In this document: in pieces, positions 44,826-57,270 of the stretch
How positions within the stretch are numbered: position 1 is the stretch's first letter
How the letters are laid out: every line of letters begins with the position of its first letter
DNA from: Schmidtea nova
Lineage: Eukaryota
Assembly: GCA_044892505.1 (NCBI GenBank)
Contig: JBJFYY010000020.1
Location: 124,001 to 188,000, forward strand
Direction: 5' to 3'
Length of the DNA stretch: 64,000 nucleotides
Notes under the pieces: model-generated
Seen by the model: the letters and a program-made list of their open reading frames with translations, nothing else
What the model was told of the DNA's origin: nothing
The model's database searches: none
Translations under genes and position numbers: made by a program

Positions 44826-47080
44826 TACCGATATTTTATAACTAGCGTATTTTTCTTTTGATTTTAAGTTTATTTTAACTCATCCATACCTGGATGACAG
44901 TTTTTCACACATTATGTGTTTGTAATTATCGGTCCGATTATACAATCCAGTTGCTCTTTCGTGTTTTGCTCAAAAGGCTTTTGTTTTGTTACTTGATCTA
45001 ATATTCTCAATTGGCTTGTTTCTTCCGTTACTGTATGCTTTCCTTCGTTGTTTTGCCGTCTTTCTGTGCCATTTTATTCTGCTGTTCTTTGAGATCTCTT
45101 CTCAGCTATTCCTCTTCTATGTTTTCTATCTCTTCACTTTCTATTTTATTTGGTTAGATTCATTTTCCTTTCCTACTTTATTTATACTTTTTACCCAAGC
45201 TCTCTGTTACATCGTTTACTTTTCTTACTTTCTCTGTACTTTATCATTTGCTTCTATCTTCTATCTTTTACTTTTACTGTTTTTTTACTTCTATGTGTGC
45301 TTATTCTCTATGTATTTCTCTATGTACTTTTATCTCTTCTTTTACCTCTTTAAATTCTATTTATCTCCTTTTTATCTTCTTTTTATCTCCTTTTAATCTC
45401 TTTTTAAATTTCCTCGTAAGCTTACTGATTTTCTCATCTTCTCAAATTGTAATTTATTTGTTTGTTGTGTGTGTTTACATATTCCTTATCTATAGTGCTC
45501 ACTTTTTATACTTTTATGGGATTTCACTTACTTCCTGATTCTAGATAAGAAAGAAATCGCACTAGTTCATTCTTGCAACGTATGGTGATCAAGAACTTTT
45601 AAGCATATGTGATGGTACTTGGTCTATTACCCTTTATCTAGGATGATTGATAGTCCCTCATTTATTATATCGTACCATCTTTGTGGTAACTCAAAATTTT
45701 ATTTTTACTTTCGCTAACACAATTAAAAACAAAAAATTAAAATTTATAAATTATTTGGTTCTTATTTTCCCCTTTTTATTTTACCCATTTTAATTGATTT
45801 CAATACCAGCCAGTCTTTATTCGGTTATCTTGTAATTTACTATCGTCAATCTTATCGTTTTTATCTTCTCCTTTTACTTTGTTTCATTTCTGTCAATCAA
45901 TCTCCAGATTCTGTTCCCGCGACTGCTTATTTAAGCTTATTCTTTTCGTTTTGATTATCTTTGTACTAATTTTGTTTTTGATTTCGTTCATCTCGTTTAA
46001 CTTTCCTATTTGTTTCTGTTTATAAGGTTTATTGTTATTTGTTTTCGACCATTTACTTTATTAAACTTGCTTTCTTTCTCGTCGAAGTTATATTTTAAGT
46101 CCATTTCTGTTAGTTCTAATTTCCTGGTTTGCTTTTGCCTTTATCACGTTTTATGTTTTTCTCTCTGCGGTTTCTTTCAAATGTTATCCTTGACATGTGT
46201 TCGTTTTGTACTTGTTGATGTCTTATCTGTCGTTCGTGATTCATGTTTAATCTTGATTTATTTTTGTTTGCAAAAGTAGGCCTCGCCCAGTAAGTTTTAG
46301 GTTTATGATTTTTTTCTGGTTATTTACTGCTCTTGGTGCTTTTGCCTTTACTTAGATTGTTGCCCATCATCGTTTCTGTCACTCGCGTGGATTGTCTTTT
46401 AATTTGCTCTTGATTCATTGCTACATTTCTTATAATTTTTATTATTTTCGCAAATAAATGCCTTTATATATTTACATTGGTTGTTTTAACTATTTTTCTG
46501 TTACTTTCGACTTTTTTGGATGGGCATCACTTTCATTTCATTCAATTATACTTTCTTACTCACATTTCCCTATTCAAGAATTTCTTTATGTGAATTTTCT
46601 AGCAGGTTTTAAACACTCATCTTTTATTCTCTCGCGCTTTACTTTCTTTCAATTGCATTCTTCTCATTAACCAGATATGTATACAATACTTTACAATAAA
46701 TGTTCTTTATTCCTTTATTCTGATTTAGTTTCCTGGAAATACGCTTTATCTTTTTCTTCCCTTATTTACTCTTTTGATTATTACATTTGATGTTGTTCAT
46801 TGTCCTTTCGCATCAATGTTATTATCCTTTCGCCTCGATTAAATTTTGGAAGTTATTCGTTGTCTTCTTTAATTTTCCCTTTGAATGTTTTTTATTGTTC
46901 CACTTCAATTTTCAACGGGTGTTATTCATTGTCCTCAAACGTATATTTTCACTTTTGGTGTTTCTGGTTTTGATGTTATTTCATTGCCATACTAGCCATA
47001 CTACGTAATTTTCTGATTTTGATGTTGTTCATTGAAATACAACACCTACTTTCTATTTCTACTTTCTATAATTAAATATT
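44826..47080 (-). mobile_element. Decayed relative of the gag-only LTR family, right part
   Basis: Patchy nucleotide similarity to 9990-11900, e.g. CCAGCCAGTCTTTATTCGGTTA at about 10278 and 45806, and TTATTATATCGTAC...TTTGTGGTA.CTCAAAA at about 10115 and 45662. Confidence 0.7.
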
Positions 47081-47740
47081 TATTTCTAGGTTACTGGTAA
47101 ATGTCATTTTGTTCGACAAAAATTTAATCCCATCAATTTGGAGGCGAATGCGGACTTTGCATGTAGAAACCACGCAAGAAGTATATTCAAATATCTGAGC
47201 AAACACTAAGTAATTAGAAATAGTTAGAAACACATTGGAAAATATTAATTAAAAGAAAAATAAAATTTAAATTGAAGAAGTAACCACGAAAAAACACATA
47301 AAAAACAAATTAACAGGAATCTCATAAAAGAATTAGATATATATAAAAATTCAAGAACAATTTTATAAATACTTATCTTAATTTTGATAGTATAAATGTG
47401 AAAAACATCAGTAAATTGTAAAAATTAAAAAAAAACTAAAGTATTTAAAATTTATGTAAAGAATAAAATGTTGATAAAAATAAAATTTATTAAAGTAATG
47501 AATTTATTGAATTTAAAGTTAAATTTAAAGTTAAATTTATTAAAGTAATATTTAACTTTTAAATTAAATTAAATTGAATAGAAAGAATATTCTAAAATCA
47601 TTTGTTTTTCTGCATTAATTAAATTTAATGTTCTGAAAATGGTATCAATTGAGATGACATTTTCAGTATTTTTAACACTCTTAAGAATATGAGAAATTTT
47701 CACGGAGAGTCGAGATTCTTTCTGGAAATTTCGAGAATAC

Positions 47741-50700
47741 TGTTAGAATATGCGTATATATATTTGAAATTAATTAAAAGATTGATATCAAATATATACT
47801 TTGTTTTAATAAATAAATTTACGATCAACGTGAACTTTTTTGAAATTAGATATTGCGATAACAATTGGCGACGAGGATGGAGAAAATTCAATTACAAAAT
47901 ACAGATACAATCGAAGACTGGTTCGATTGACTAGAGCTGTTAATGGCAACAGACAAGAAGTATACGAGTGCCAATGCAACCGCACATTTGCTGGAGCAGA
48001 GACTTACAGTTTAGTCAAGCAGTTAGCCTTTCCAAAAAAACCAAAAGATCTGTCAACAGAAGAAATCAAGAAGTTGATAATAAGACATGTTGTACCAGTT
48101 AATTTAGAAATCACAGAGAGGAGCAAGTTTCACAGTTTGATAAAGGAATCAAACGAGAGCAACAAATAGTTTTTGCTCAAGGTTCAAGCTCAAGCGGCAA
48201 GATGCAATTTTGGAGATCAGATGGAGATACAAATGAGAGACAGAATCATCGCCGGAATTAATAATACTGTTTTAAAGAAAAAGCTTTTGGAAGTCGATGA
48301 TACGTCATACCAGAATATACGCGAAATCGTAGAGAAATCAGAAGACTTGGATCGCGCCATGGCGAATGAAACCAATTGTCTATATTCGAAGAGAAATTAT
48401 TCCGATAGGCTAGGCCAGAATTCAAAGCCTAAGGATAATATGAAACAGAAAGGATCAGCAAACATGAGCTGCTTCTCATGTGGTGGTCCACATCTCAGAA
48501 ACAATTGCAAGTTTCGCAGTTCCAAGTGTTACAACTGCAACAAGATGGGTCACGTATCCAAAGTCTGTAGAGCTCAAAAACGAAAAGAGTCACTTCAAAG
48601 CAACTATGTGAAGTATAACGAAGATGTCAGCACAAGTGAACAGTTAGCACTGTGGTCAGGTTCAAGCCAATTAATTCAAGTTTTAGATTTTGGAGAAAGA
48701 AAAGTAGAGTTCATTATCGATACTGGGTCGGTAGTTTCATTTTTGCCATTGAAATTAGCCAAAGAAATTGACAAGAAGTTTAAGTTAATCAATTGTGATA
48801 TGGTAGTGAAAGGAGTTACGGGTTACAAACTAGAAATACTTGGAGAATCTTCAATGACGATAAGACATGATGATAATTTAATAACTGTTAAGTTTATCAT
48901 TACAAGAAACAGTCCTTGCATCTTAGGGCTCAGAGACATCAGAAAATTAAAAGAAACAATCGTGTTGCAAACAGAGCTGGAAACAGATTTCAAAACATTG
49001 ATAAAACAATGTGGTCAGAATAAAGGTGGATTCAAGACGGATCCTGTGAATTTTGAATTAATGTCAGACTCAGTACCGATATTTGAAAAAGTAAGACATT
49101 TGCCATATGGAACTCGAGAGGGTGTGAAGAACGCACTTGAAGAACTAGAAAGAAACGATATCATTTACAAAGTGGAATCTAGTGCATGGGCAACACCTAT
49201 GGTTGTCGTAAGTAAGAGCAATGGTAAATTTAGATTATGTGGTGACTATAAAGTCACTGTGAATAAATTTCTTAAGCAGCCAGCATCAGTTACTTCACAG
49301 CCGGAGGATATATTTGAAAAGACGACTGGTGCTAAGTATTTTAGCAAAATCGACTTGAAAGACGCATTCCTGCAGCTACCGATTTTAAAAGAAGCACAAG
49401 AACTTACAACGTTGCATACGATGTGGGGATTATACTCCTATAAATATCTACCGTTTGGATTGAAGAATTCTCCCGGTTTGTTTCAAATGACAATAAACGG
49501 AATTATAGAAGGGTTACGAGATTGCTATGCATATCAAGATGACATATTAGTATTCGGTGCAACAGAAAAAGAACACGACAAGAATCTTTATCAGTTAGTG
49601 CAAAGATTTATGAAGTACAATGTGAAGATTAATGTGGACAAATGTATCACGAAAGTCAAAACATTACCATTTCTGGGATACATCATATCTGAAGACGGAA
49701 TTATTCCAGATGAAACGAAGTATAAACCGATAGCTGAAGCACCGGATCCCAAATCTCAAGAAGAATTGCGATCATTGCTAGGATGTCTACAATATTATAG
49801 CAGATTTATAAAAGACTTTGCCGATAAAACAAGAAAGCTACAATCGATATTAAATGACTCTGAATTTAGATGGAGCTCGGAGAATTCAGAATCGCTCAGA
49901 TAGATTATTTCAGAAATAGTGAAGGCTAAGCCACTGAAGCCGTTTAGGCAGGAATCAAAGATTGAATTGATAGTGGACGCTTCTGAGTTTGCTATTGGAG
50001 GAGTGCTAGAACAAGAAGGCTGTCCGGTCTATTTCATATCTAGGAAATTAACCAAAGCGGAAACAAACTACTCTCAGACTCAAAAGGAAGCTTTAGCAAT
50101 CGTATGGGCTGTGGACAGATTACACAAGTTCTTATTTTGTAGACCATTTGTTATAATAACTGGCATGCCGCATTAAAGTACATTTTCAACAGTGGCTTAT
50201 CGGCTGCCAAGGCAACCTCAGCTATGTTGCAAAGATGGGCGCTAAAGCTTAGTGCGTATAATTATGAGATTATTCATCGAAAAGGTAAAGACATCCCACA
50301 AGCAGATTACCTGTCTCGATATTCAATGCTCGGTGAGGCAATTCAATCAGATTGTTTATTTATCCAGCCACTACCAATACCAAGAGACGGTCTGATTGAG
50401 GAATCTCGAAGAGTCTATGGGCCGATTTTCAAGGCTGTCAGAAATGGGTGGAACACGAGTCACAAAAAGAAATTTCCTGAGCTATACTTAAAGCGAGATG
50501 AGATATCCATTGCGGCAGATGGAATCATTTGTTGGAAAGAACGTAGTCTCATACCACCAAGTCTACGAGAAGAAATGATTAAGCATCTACATTCCGGACA
50601 TATCGGTTACGACAAAATGATTTCATTGGCCAGTCTCATATGTTGGTGGCCAAATATTGACTCAGATGTCAGACAATTTACTAAAAATTGCACAAATTGC

Positions 50701-51659
50701 ATCACGAACAAAGTCAATACGCATCCTGATTGGAATCCTTGGCCCATAGCCTATCAAGTGTGGCAAAGAATAAATGTGGACTATTGTGGTCCATTCTTCA
50801 GTAAATATTATGCTTTAATAATAATAGATGCTCATTCAAAGTGGCCGGAAGTATTTTTTACAACCTCTGCAAACGCGGATTTTACGATAGTGGCATTGAG
50901 AAAATGTTTCTCGAGAGAAGGAATACCGCAAGTATTAGTCTCAGATAATGGCACACACTTCAATGCAGAGAAGGAATCTAGTTGGTTAAAGAGTATTGGT
51001 ACATCTCAAGTGTTTACTCCTCCGAGACATCCACAGTCTAATGGTCTGGCCGAAAACTTCGTTAAATCTCTCAAAACGGCTATTTTAACAGCTCAGATAT
51101 CAACGAAAGAGGAATTAGATGAAACGGTAGACACATTTTTATTATCTTATCGTAACTCACAGCATGCAACGACAAAACACCGACCTTCTGAACTATTCAA
51201 GAAAAGAATACTATGCCATCCTATGATCGAGCCGGCGAAAGTCCTATTCCGCAAAGGCACGATGCAGGACATCCAGCATGGAATCATTATGGACAACAGT
51301 TCAAAGAAAATTGTAAAGGTATTGGACACGACAGACGGAAGCGTTCACAGGCGTCATGTTGATCAGATAGTATTGGAACCAAAGAAAAAATATTTCAATG
51401 AGTCAGCAAGTCAAATATCACGAGACAGTGAGGACACGGATAGAGCTAGTGACGGTACAGGAAATAATGATCAAACCGAATACAGGATAGCGTCAGACGA
51501 GAAAATAAAGGAGAAGCGAAAATACAAAAGGTAAAGGTGTTAGAATATGCGTATATATATTTGAAATTAATTAAAAGATTGATATCAAATATATACTTTG
51601 TTTTAATAAATAAATTTACGATCAACGTGAACTTTTTGAAATTAGATATTGCGATAACA
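47741..51659 (+). mobile_element. Compact full-length Ty3/Gypsy element (3919 bp)
   Basis: LTRs 47741-47863 and 51538-51659 (identical but for one T), TG...CA ends, 5-bp TSD AATAC, PBS TGGCGACGAGGATGG (tRNA-Ser(GCU)-like), purine tract before the 3' LTR. Confidence 0.96.
47878..51534 (+). pseudogene. gag-pol (two CCHC knuckles, protease, RT, RNase H, integrase) with stops and frameshifts
   Basis: CFSCGGPHLRNNC, CYNCNKMGHVSKVC, IIDTGS, YLPFGL, YQDD, VDASEFAIGGVL, H..H..C..C, VDYCGP, VSDNG, SNGLAE. Stops at about 47930, 48167 and 49901; frameshift at about 50165. Confidence 0.92.
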
Positions 51660-52741
51660 AATACTTAATTTCAAAATTAGAAAAAACTGTTCACAATTGG
51701 AGTTCAGAATATTGAGGAGCATATGCTGTTCAAAGTTTTCGAGAGCCGGTATCATTTAGTGCATTCAATGTATGTCAGTTTCATACTTTGCTCATCCTAT
51801 TTTGATTTATTAGGCACTGGTCAATGCCCTGGTTACCTATGTTTCTGTTCTATTGTTGATTTTATGTAAAAATATAGACTTTTCTTGGAAGAGGTCAATG
51901 AACTTTCGATCACTGACAAAATTATCACATGTACTAAAATGAATTTTTATCTTTTTATGTTTAATTTCTTGACCTTCCGAGTCACTAACTTGCTGGGATA
52001 TCCCAGCTTATTGTGATGTAAGTAGTCAGTGTAAGCTCACGCGTTTGAAGTGAATTCCCTTTTACTGCCCAACTAAATGTTGTCAGAGCGATATCGAAGT
52101 CTAGACTCATACACACGTAGATGTGAGAGAACGGCCGCAGGTTTATCCGCAAGATTTTTATATTAAAGATTTTGTTTAACTAAATTTTTATTTTTACTTT
52201 TTTTGTTTTCAAAATAAAAGCTCCTTTAAATATTAGAAAAATATGCATGAAATATTAGCGAAGTTAGCGATGAGAAAAGATTGAATGCGAGTTTTGTGAT
52301 GTAACGAAGAATGAACGGTAAGTGCAATCTAAGATCTGAAATCACAATTNNNNNNNNNNNNNNNNNNNNNNNNNNNNNNNNNNNNNNNNNNNNNNNNNNN
52401 NNNNNNNNNNNNNNNNNNNNNNNNNNNNNNNNNNNNNNNNNNNNNNNNNNNNNNNNNNNNNNNNNNNNNNNNNNNNNNNNNNNNNNNNNNNNNNNNNNNN
52501 NNNNNNNNNNNNNNNNNNNNNNNNNNNNNNNNNNTTTGCAAACAATTAGCAATACAAATGCCTCATATTAGTCATACATGTACACACATTAAAAGTCGTG
52601 AACTTTCGTACATATAAAACAGTTGCAATCAAGTTGCACAACACATGCATGTCATATGCAATACAAATGCGCGAATCTGATTGGTTGCACAAAAACAATG
52701 ACTAGTATAAGTAACCGAACAAAACTAGTTTTAGTCATAAA

Positions 52742-53015
52742 ATGCAAAATCTTTTCAGCAAATCAAGTCCAATTAAAGATTCAGTTAAAGTGAAACCAGT
52801 TAAGAATGAAACCAAATAAATTCAAACCAAATTTGATTTACGACCGGTTCAGATATTTCACGATTATCAAATGCTTTTCTTGGTAAATGAAATCTAATTC
52901 AAGATGCCGTATCCAGTAAAGTTGTCGACTTCGCAATGTATCAAACTTAATCGGTCAGCTTTATAAAGATGTCGGTGCAATCACTAAAATGTTAATGGAA
53001 ATTATCTTGCAATGA

Positions 53016-53095
<80 letters not shown>

Positions 53096-53248
53096 ACAAC
53101 AAAAAAACTTACTTTCATGACTCATTTCAATCCGTTGAATTTATGGACAATGAAAATTGGTTTATTGAGATATAGGTTCAAGGATAAAGTAGATCCAAAA
53201 GAAGCAGTGTATCCGATTTGGAAAATAAACAGCGCTAGAATAGCTTAA
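52742..53248 (+). pseudogene. Relic homolog of Polinton gene 28472..28888
   Basis: LRPVQIFHDYQMLFLVNEI*FKMPYPVKL vs VKPVQMYYDSRLYFLVNEIPYRLSYPVKL; FHDSFQSVEFMDNENWF vs FHDAFQTIDFMDQEHWF; VYPIWKINSARIA* vs VTPIWRVDNARYA*. Confidence 0.85.
53021..53093. repeat. (TA)n microsatellite, about 36 units
   Basis: Pure TA tract. Confidence 0.98.
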
Positions 53249-53819
53249 TGTTTTTAATAAATCTTACAATCAATTTTTGAGTTTTTGAAAGTTTTTGTAT
53301 TTTTAAAAAATTTTTAAGTTTTAAAATTTTTAACTTCAAGATGACCTCATGGTTTGTCCTTAAAATGATCTTAAAAATTAAAAATAAATTTTCATGACTT
53401 ATCGTGCGAGTGCAAAAAAATATTGGGAGGGTTCGAAATTCCATCGAATATCCCTCTTCTCCAAATTTTTCTCAATTTTGATTAGCTGCACACATAGTAT
53501 TACGTCATTATCTTTGCTGTGGAAACCACACTTCCTCCTACTATTGTCTGAAAATTGTTATTTTTGGATCAAATAAAGCACGCTTTGGAGTCAGAGATTT
53601 GATTGGTAACTATTACATTTCACCAGCAACCCAACAACCCAACATAGCAAGTCCGATATTGCTGAAGGATCAACGTTAAATTTTCGTGAAAATGATCAGT
53701 CAAATTTGTAAAAATTATTTTTCAATATATAATTATAAGTACCATCTCAACACCATTTCAAGTTGCCTCAAAACAGCATCAAAACAGCTCAATTCTATAC
53801 CAACTGACTTCTTAACTAA

Positions 53820-54560
53820 GCCCATCATACCCGGTCCTTAGAGCCAATCCTTTTACCGAAGGTACGGATCTAATTTGCCGACTTCCCTTACCTACATTGT
53901 TCTAAGACTATAGGCTGCTCACCTTGGAGACCTGCTGCGGATATCGGTACGGATCGAAACGAAATTTATAACTGCTCCCTCAGATTTTCAAGGGCCATCA
54001 GCGGTGCTTCGGACATTACGAGAAACGTAATGCTTTTGACATTTTACATCCTTTTCTCCAGTTAACCTGATTCCAAGGACATAGTTATGTATACAAAGAA
54101 AAGAGAACTCTTCCCAAAACAACTGATGACGTCTCTGAGATCGCTTGTGTTACCACCTTGTGTTGCCGAAGCAACGAAATTTCCATTTCGAGTTCAGTAA
54201 TATTAAACTGATTCCCTTTCGCTTCAGAAGGCAAATGAGTCAAATATAAACACTATTGCTAATGTCTATCACCTTCATCTGATAACTGAGTTACCAGTTC
54301 GCTTAGGACCGACTAACCCATGTTCAATTACTGTTCACATGGAACCCTTCTCCACTTCAGTCATCAAGGATCTCACTTGATTAATTGCTACTACTACCAA
54401 GATCTGTACCCGTGACCGCTCCACTCTGACTTACGCCAGTAGCTTCTCAGCAACCACGGCACCCTCCTACACGACATCGCATACTCGTTATAAATAACTT
54501 ACGACATCGATCGGGTATAGGTCCAACGCTACAGCGCCATCCATTTTCAGGGCTGGTTGA

Positions 54561-54594
<34 letters not shown>

Positions 54595-54726
54595 ATGACG
54601 ACTTCCATGTCCACCGTCCTGCTGTCTTTACCAATCAACACCTTTTGTGGGTTCTCATGAGCGTTATGTTAGGCACCTTAACCAGATGTTTGGTTCATCC
54701 CACATCGCCAGTTCTGCTTACCAAAA
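53820..54726 (-). rRNA. Isolated fragment of 28S (LSU) rRNA, probably a pseudogene
   Basis: Reverse complements of conserved LSU motifs: TGCCGACTTCCCTTACCTACATTGTTC, GGAGACCTGCTGCGGATAT, GAGTTGTTACACACTCCTTAGCGGA, GCCAGTTCTGCTTACCAAAA. Both ends abut AT-rich DNA. Confidence 0.92.
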
Positions 54727-55071
54727 ATATAATTATAATTATCGACTAAAAAGATTGATTTTTTGAAACACTATCTTTGAAAAAAAACTGCGAGTTAAGA
54801 TTTTATCAAAATTTGTCAATTAGATTAAGATTTCTTTTCAGAAACCATTATTTAAATTTTGAATGGGTTGATGTTGGACAAGTTCGTGGAGATTAAGTCG
54901 GTCTCATAAAATATTTAATTGACCTGCCTGCTAGACCTGAAATGAATGAAACACAAATGAAAGGTGAAATCATATCGCAGTAGGCTTTATTTAAATGTAA
55001 ATGAATGCATAATTTTTTAACAAATGAATGAAAGTTGTTAATTATTTAGAAAATTAAAGATAAAATAAATG

Positions 55072-55281
55072 TTAAGGCTTTTCCAAATATTCCTTAACTT
55101 GAGGCAGAGTTGATAGTATTTTTTCATGAACTTTTATGAAATTTGGATGATTTTCCAGTGTTTTAGAAAATGTTGTGAATTTCAAATAATTCATCATGAC
55201 CAAAAAGTATAAATCTGTTAGTGTTATTCCTTTTGTGACAAGATACCCATGGCCATTCTCGGTAATCAACTTTTCAATATG
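55072..55281 (-). CDS. Terminal exon of a glutathione S-transferase (C-terminal domain; sigma/alpha-like)
   Basis: TTTTAG acceptor followed by HIEKLITENGHGYLVTKGITLTDLYF...LENHPNFIKVHEKI..LPQVKEYLEKP*, matching the GST N-capping G..xTxxD motif and C-terminal pattern. No upstream exon recognised. Confidence 0.7.
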   Translation of the reverse strand, partial: HIEKLITENGHGYLVTKGITLTDLYFLVMMNYLKFTTFSKTLENHPNFIKVHEKILSTLPQVKEYLEKP

Positions 55282-56419
55282 CTAAAATATTAAAAATATT
55301 ATTATTATTATAAGTAAGCTATTTATAAACATTCAACTATTTTAAGAATTTAGTGAATTATAAAAATAATTTATTTTATAATTTATTACATATTTTTTAT
55401 TTTTTTTTAAAATAAATTTAAAAGAATTAATATTTATATTAAATATAAATACTCCAATAAAGATTTAATTAATAAAAAACGCCACTCATTTAACTTTCTT
55501 ACTATATATTTCAACAGTCTCATTGTCATCAGGTAATAGTCATTAAGAAAAAAACTGTTATTTCAATTAATTCAAACAGATTTTAAAATATTAATAAATA
55601 AAACTAAGTCACATGGTTCTCCTAGCAACCGCATACAATCACATTACTACTGGCTACTCGTTGCTAAGCAATATTAGTGATGTAGCACAATATGTAGAGA
55701 AAAAAAGTTAGCTGTTTCTAGAACTATAATTTTTCTTTTATAGTCTCATTTATCATCTCAAAGTCATCCATCAATTATCTAATGCGTAAATATTAACTAT
55801 TAGTATTTATTTGAATAGATTTATTAATATAACAATGTGGTGTCTGAATTCCTTAGCTTCCACAACTATGAAATTTTAAATAATTATTTAACTAAAATAT
55901 GTAATATTTATATTAATAATTAATATTGGCTACATAAAATATACAATATATATATGTACATCATATCAAAAAACATAAATCACACTAATATAAATTAAGC
56001 AAGTTCTGACTCGCGAGGTAAGCATTGACTCGCAAAGCAAGCAGGCCTCCTTCGTTTTCGCCAAGTCCGTTCTACTTTACTTGGTTGGGCATTCCGCGAT
56101 GCTTATCTGGACCCAATTTCATCTACTCCATGCAAAGATGGGAACAACTCCAATGTTGAGTGGTCTAGTTGGGGCTTTACTCTTACGGCTATACTGTGGT
56201 CAATCTCGGTGGCCTGATCCCGAATCGTCATCTTAATGGCCCTGTTATTATTTGTTGTTATTTGGGGATATGAATTCGATCAAAGGGTTAGTGTATTATA
56301 TATCGGGAAAATACATTTAAGTAAAATTATATTATTGATCCCTATCTAAAATTTTTTGAAAATCGTAGAGGTGATATAAATAATTCTGTTAATATAACCT
56401 AATAAAAAGAACCCAGCTG

Positions 56420-56960
56420 AGAGAATTTACAATTTACGAAATAAAATAATATATAGGATGAATAATAATAATAATCATAATTTTATTAATACATTACCCA
56501 TTGAGGAGAGACCGAAAAGTTTGAAGATATTTTCACTGAGATTACCCAGCAGCGGCTTGTAGGCAGAATTCTGACGAATCAAAAGACGAATTGCTTTATA
56601 CTTAAAAGGATATGCGTTGTAGACATACAATAACTGAGAATGTAAAGAAAATAATTATGAGGATAAAGTTATTAATCGTAGAGAGGAAATTGTAAAATAT
56701 AGATTTACAAAAAATAAACATAAAAGTTTAGAAACATATATCAAGGTAGTAGAGAATCTATAGGTGAATACGTTTATACAATAACGATATTTGGTGTGCG
56801 AGAATAGTCTATTAAATTAATTGAGAATCAATTTTGTAGTGAATACAAAAATATTTATATAAAGCGTTAATTACGATTGGATATAGAAATTTAAATGATT
56901 TTGTTCAAAAGGCGAAACGCATCAAGGCAATACTAAGAGATAAATTTAGATCACAGGTAG
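56420..56960 (+). pseudogene. Highly decayed retrotransposon gag-like fragment
   Basis: Short stretch KRIALYLKGYAL resembles the RIPLYLRDSAL of the 6314..7075 Gag; many stops. Confidence 0.3.
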
Positions 56961-57270
56961 ATGTAAATAAAATGTTGTTTATTTAATCAAAATTGCGAAA
57001 GTTTTTGGTAATTGGAATTGATGAAATTTTGTAAATTTATTAGGTTTAAAAAATAAAATGTTTTTTGAGTTTTCAATCGTTATCTATTGTGCTTTCATTT
57101 ATGAAATTATCTCATGAAATCTGCGAGAATTGTCATATTACCAAATTTTCTAAACAAAAGAATTAAAAGTTGAAGTTAGATGTGTTAGAAATTCTTTAAT
57201 GCCCATCAATGATAATCCGTATTGTACATTTTACTCAGTGATCGATGTCCCAATGCATGACAAAACTGTA

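Noticed and set aside
4382-51534. Alternative genetic code (TAA/TAG read as sense) to explain in-frame stops
   Set aside because: The stops replace different expected residues in different elements, and intact Polinton genes end normally at TAA or TGA.
53820-54726. Functional rDNA unit or R2 insertion site
   Set aside because: Only an internal fragment; no 18S, 5.8S or ITS, and the R2 target sequence is not within it.
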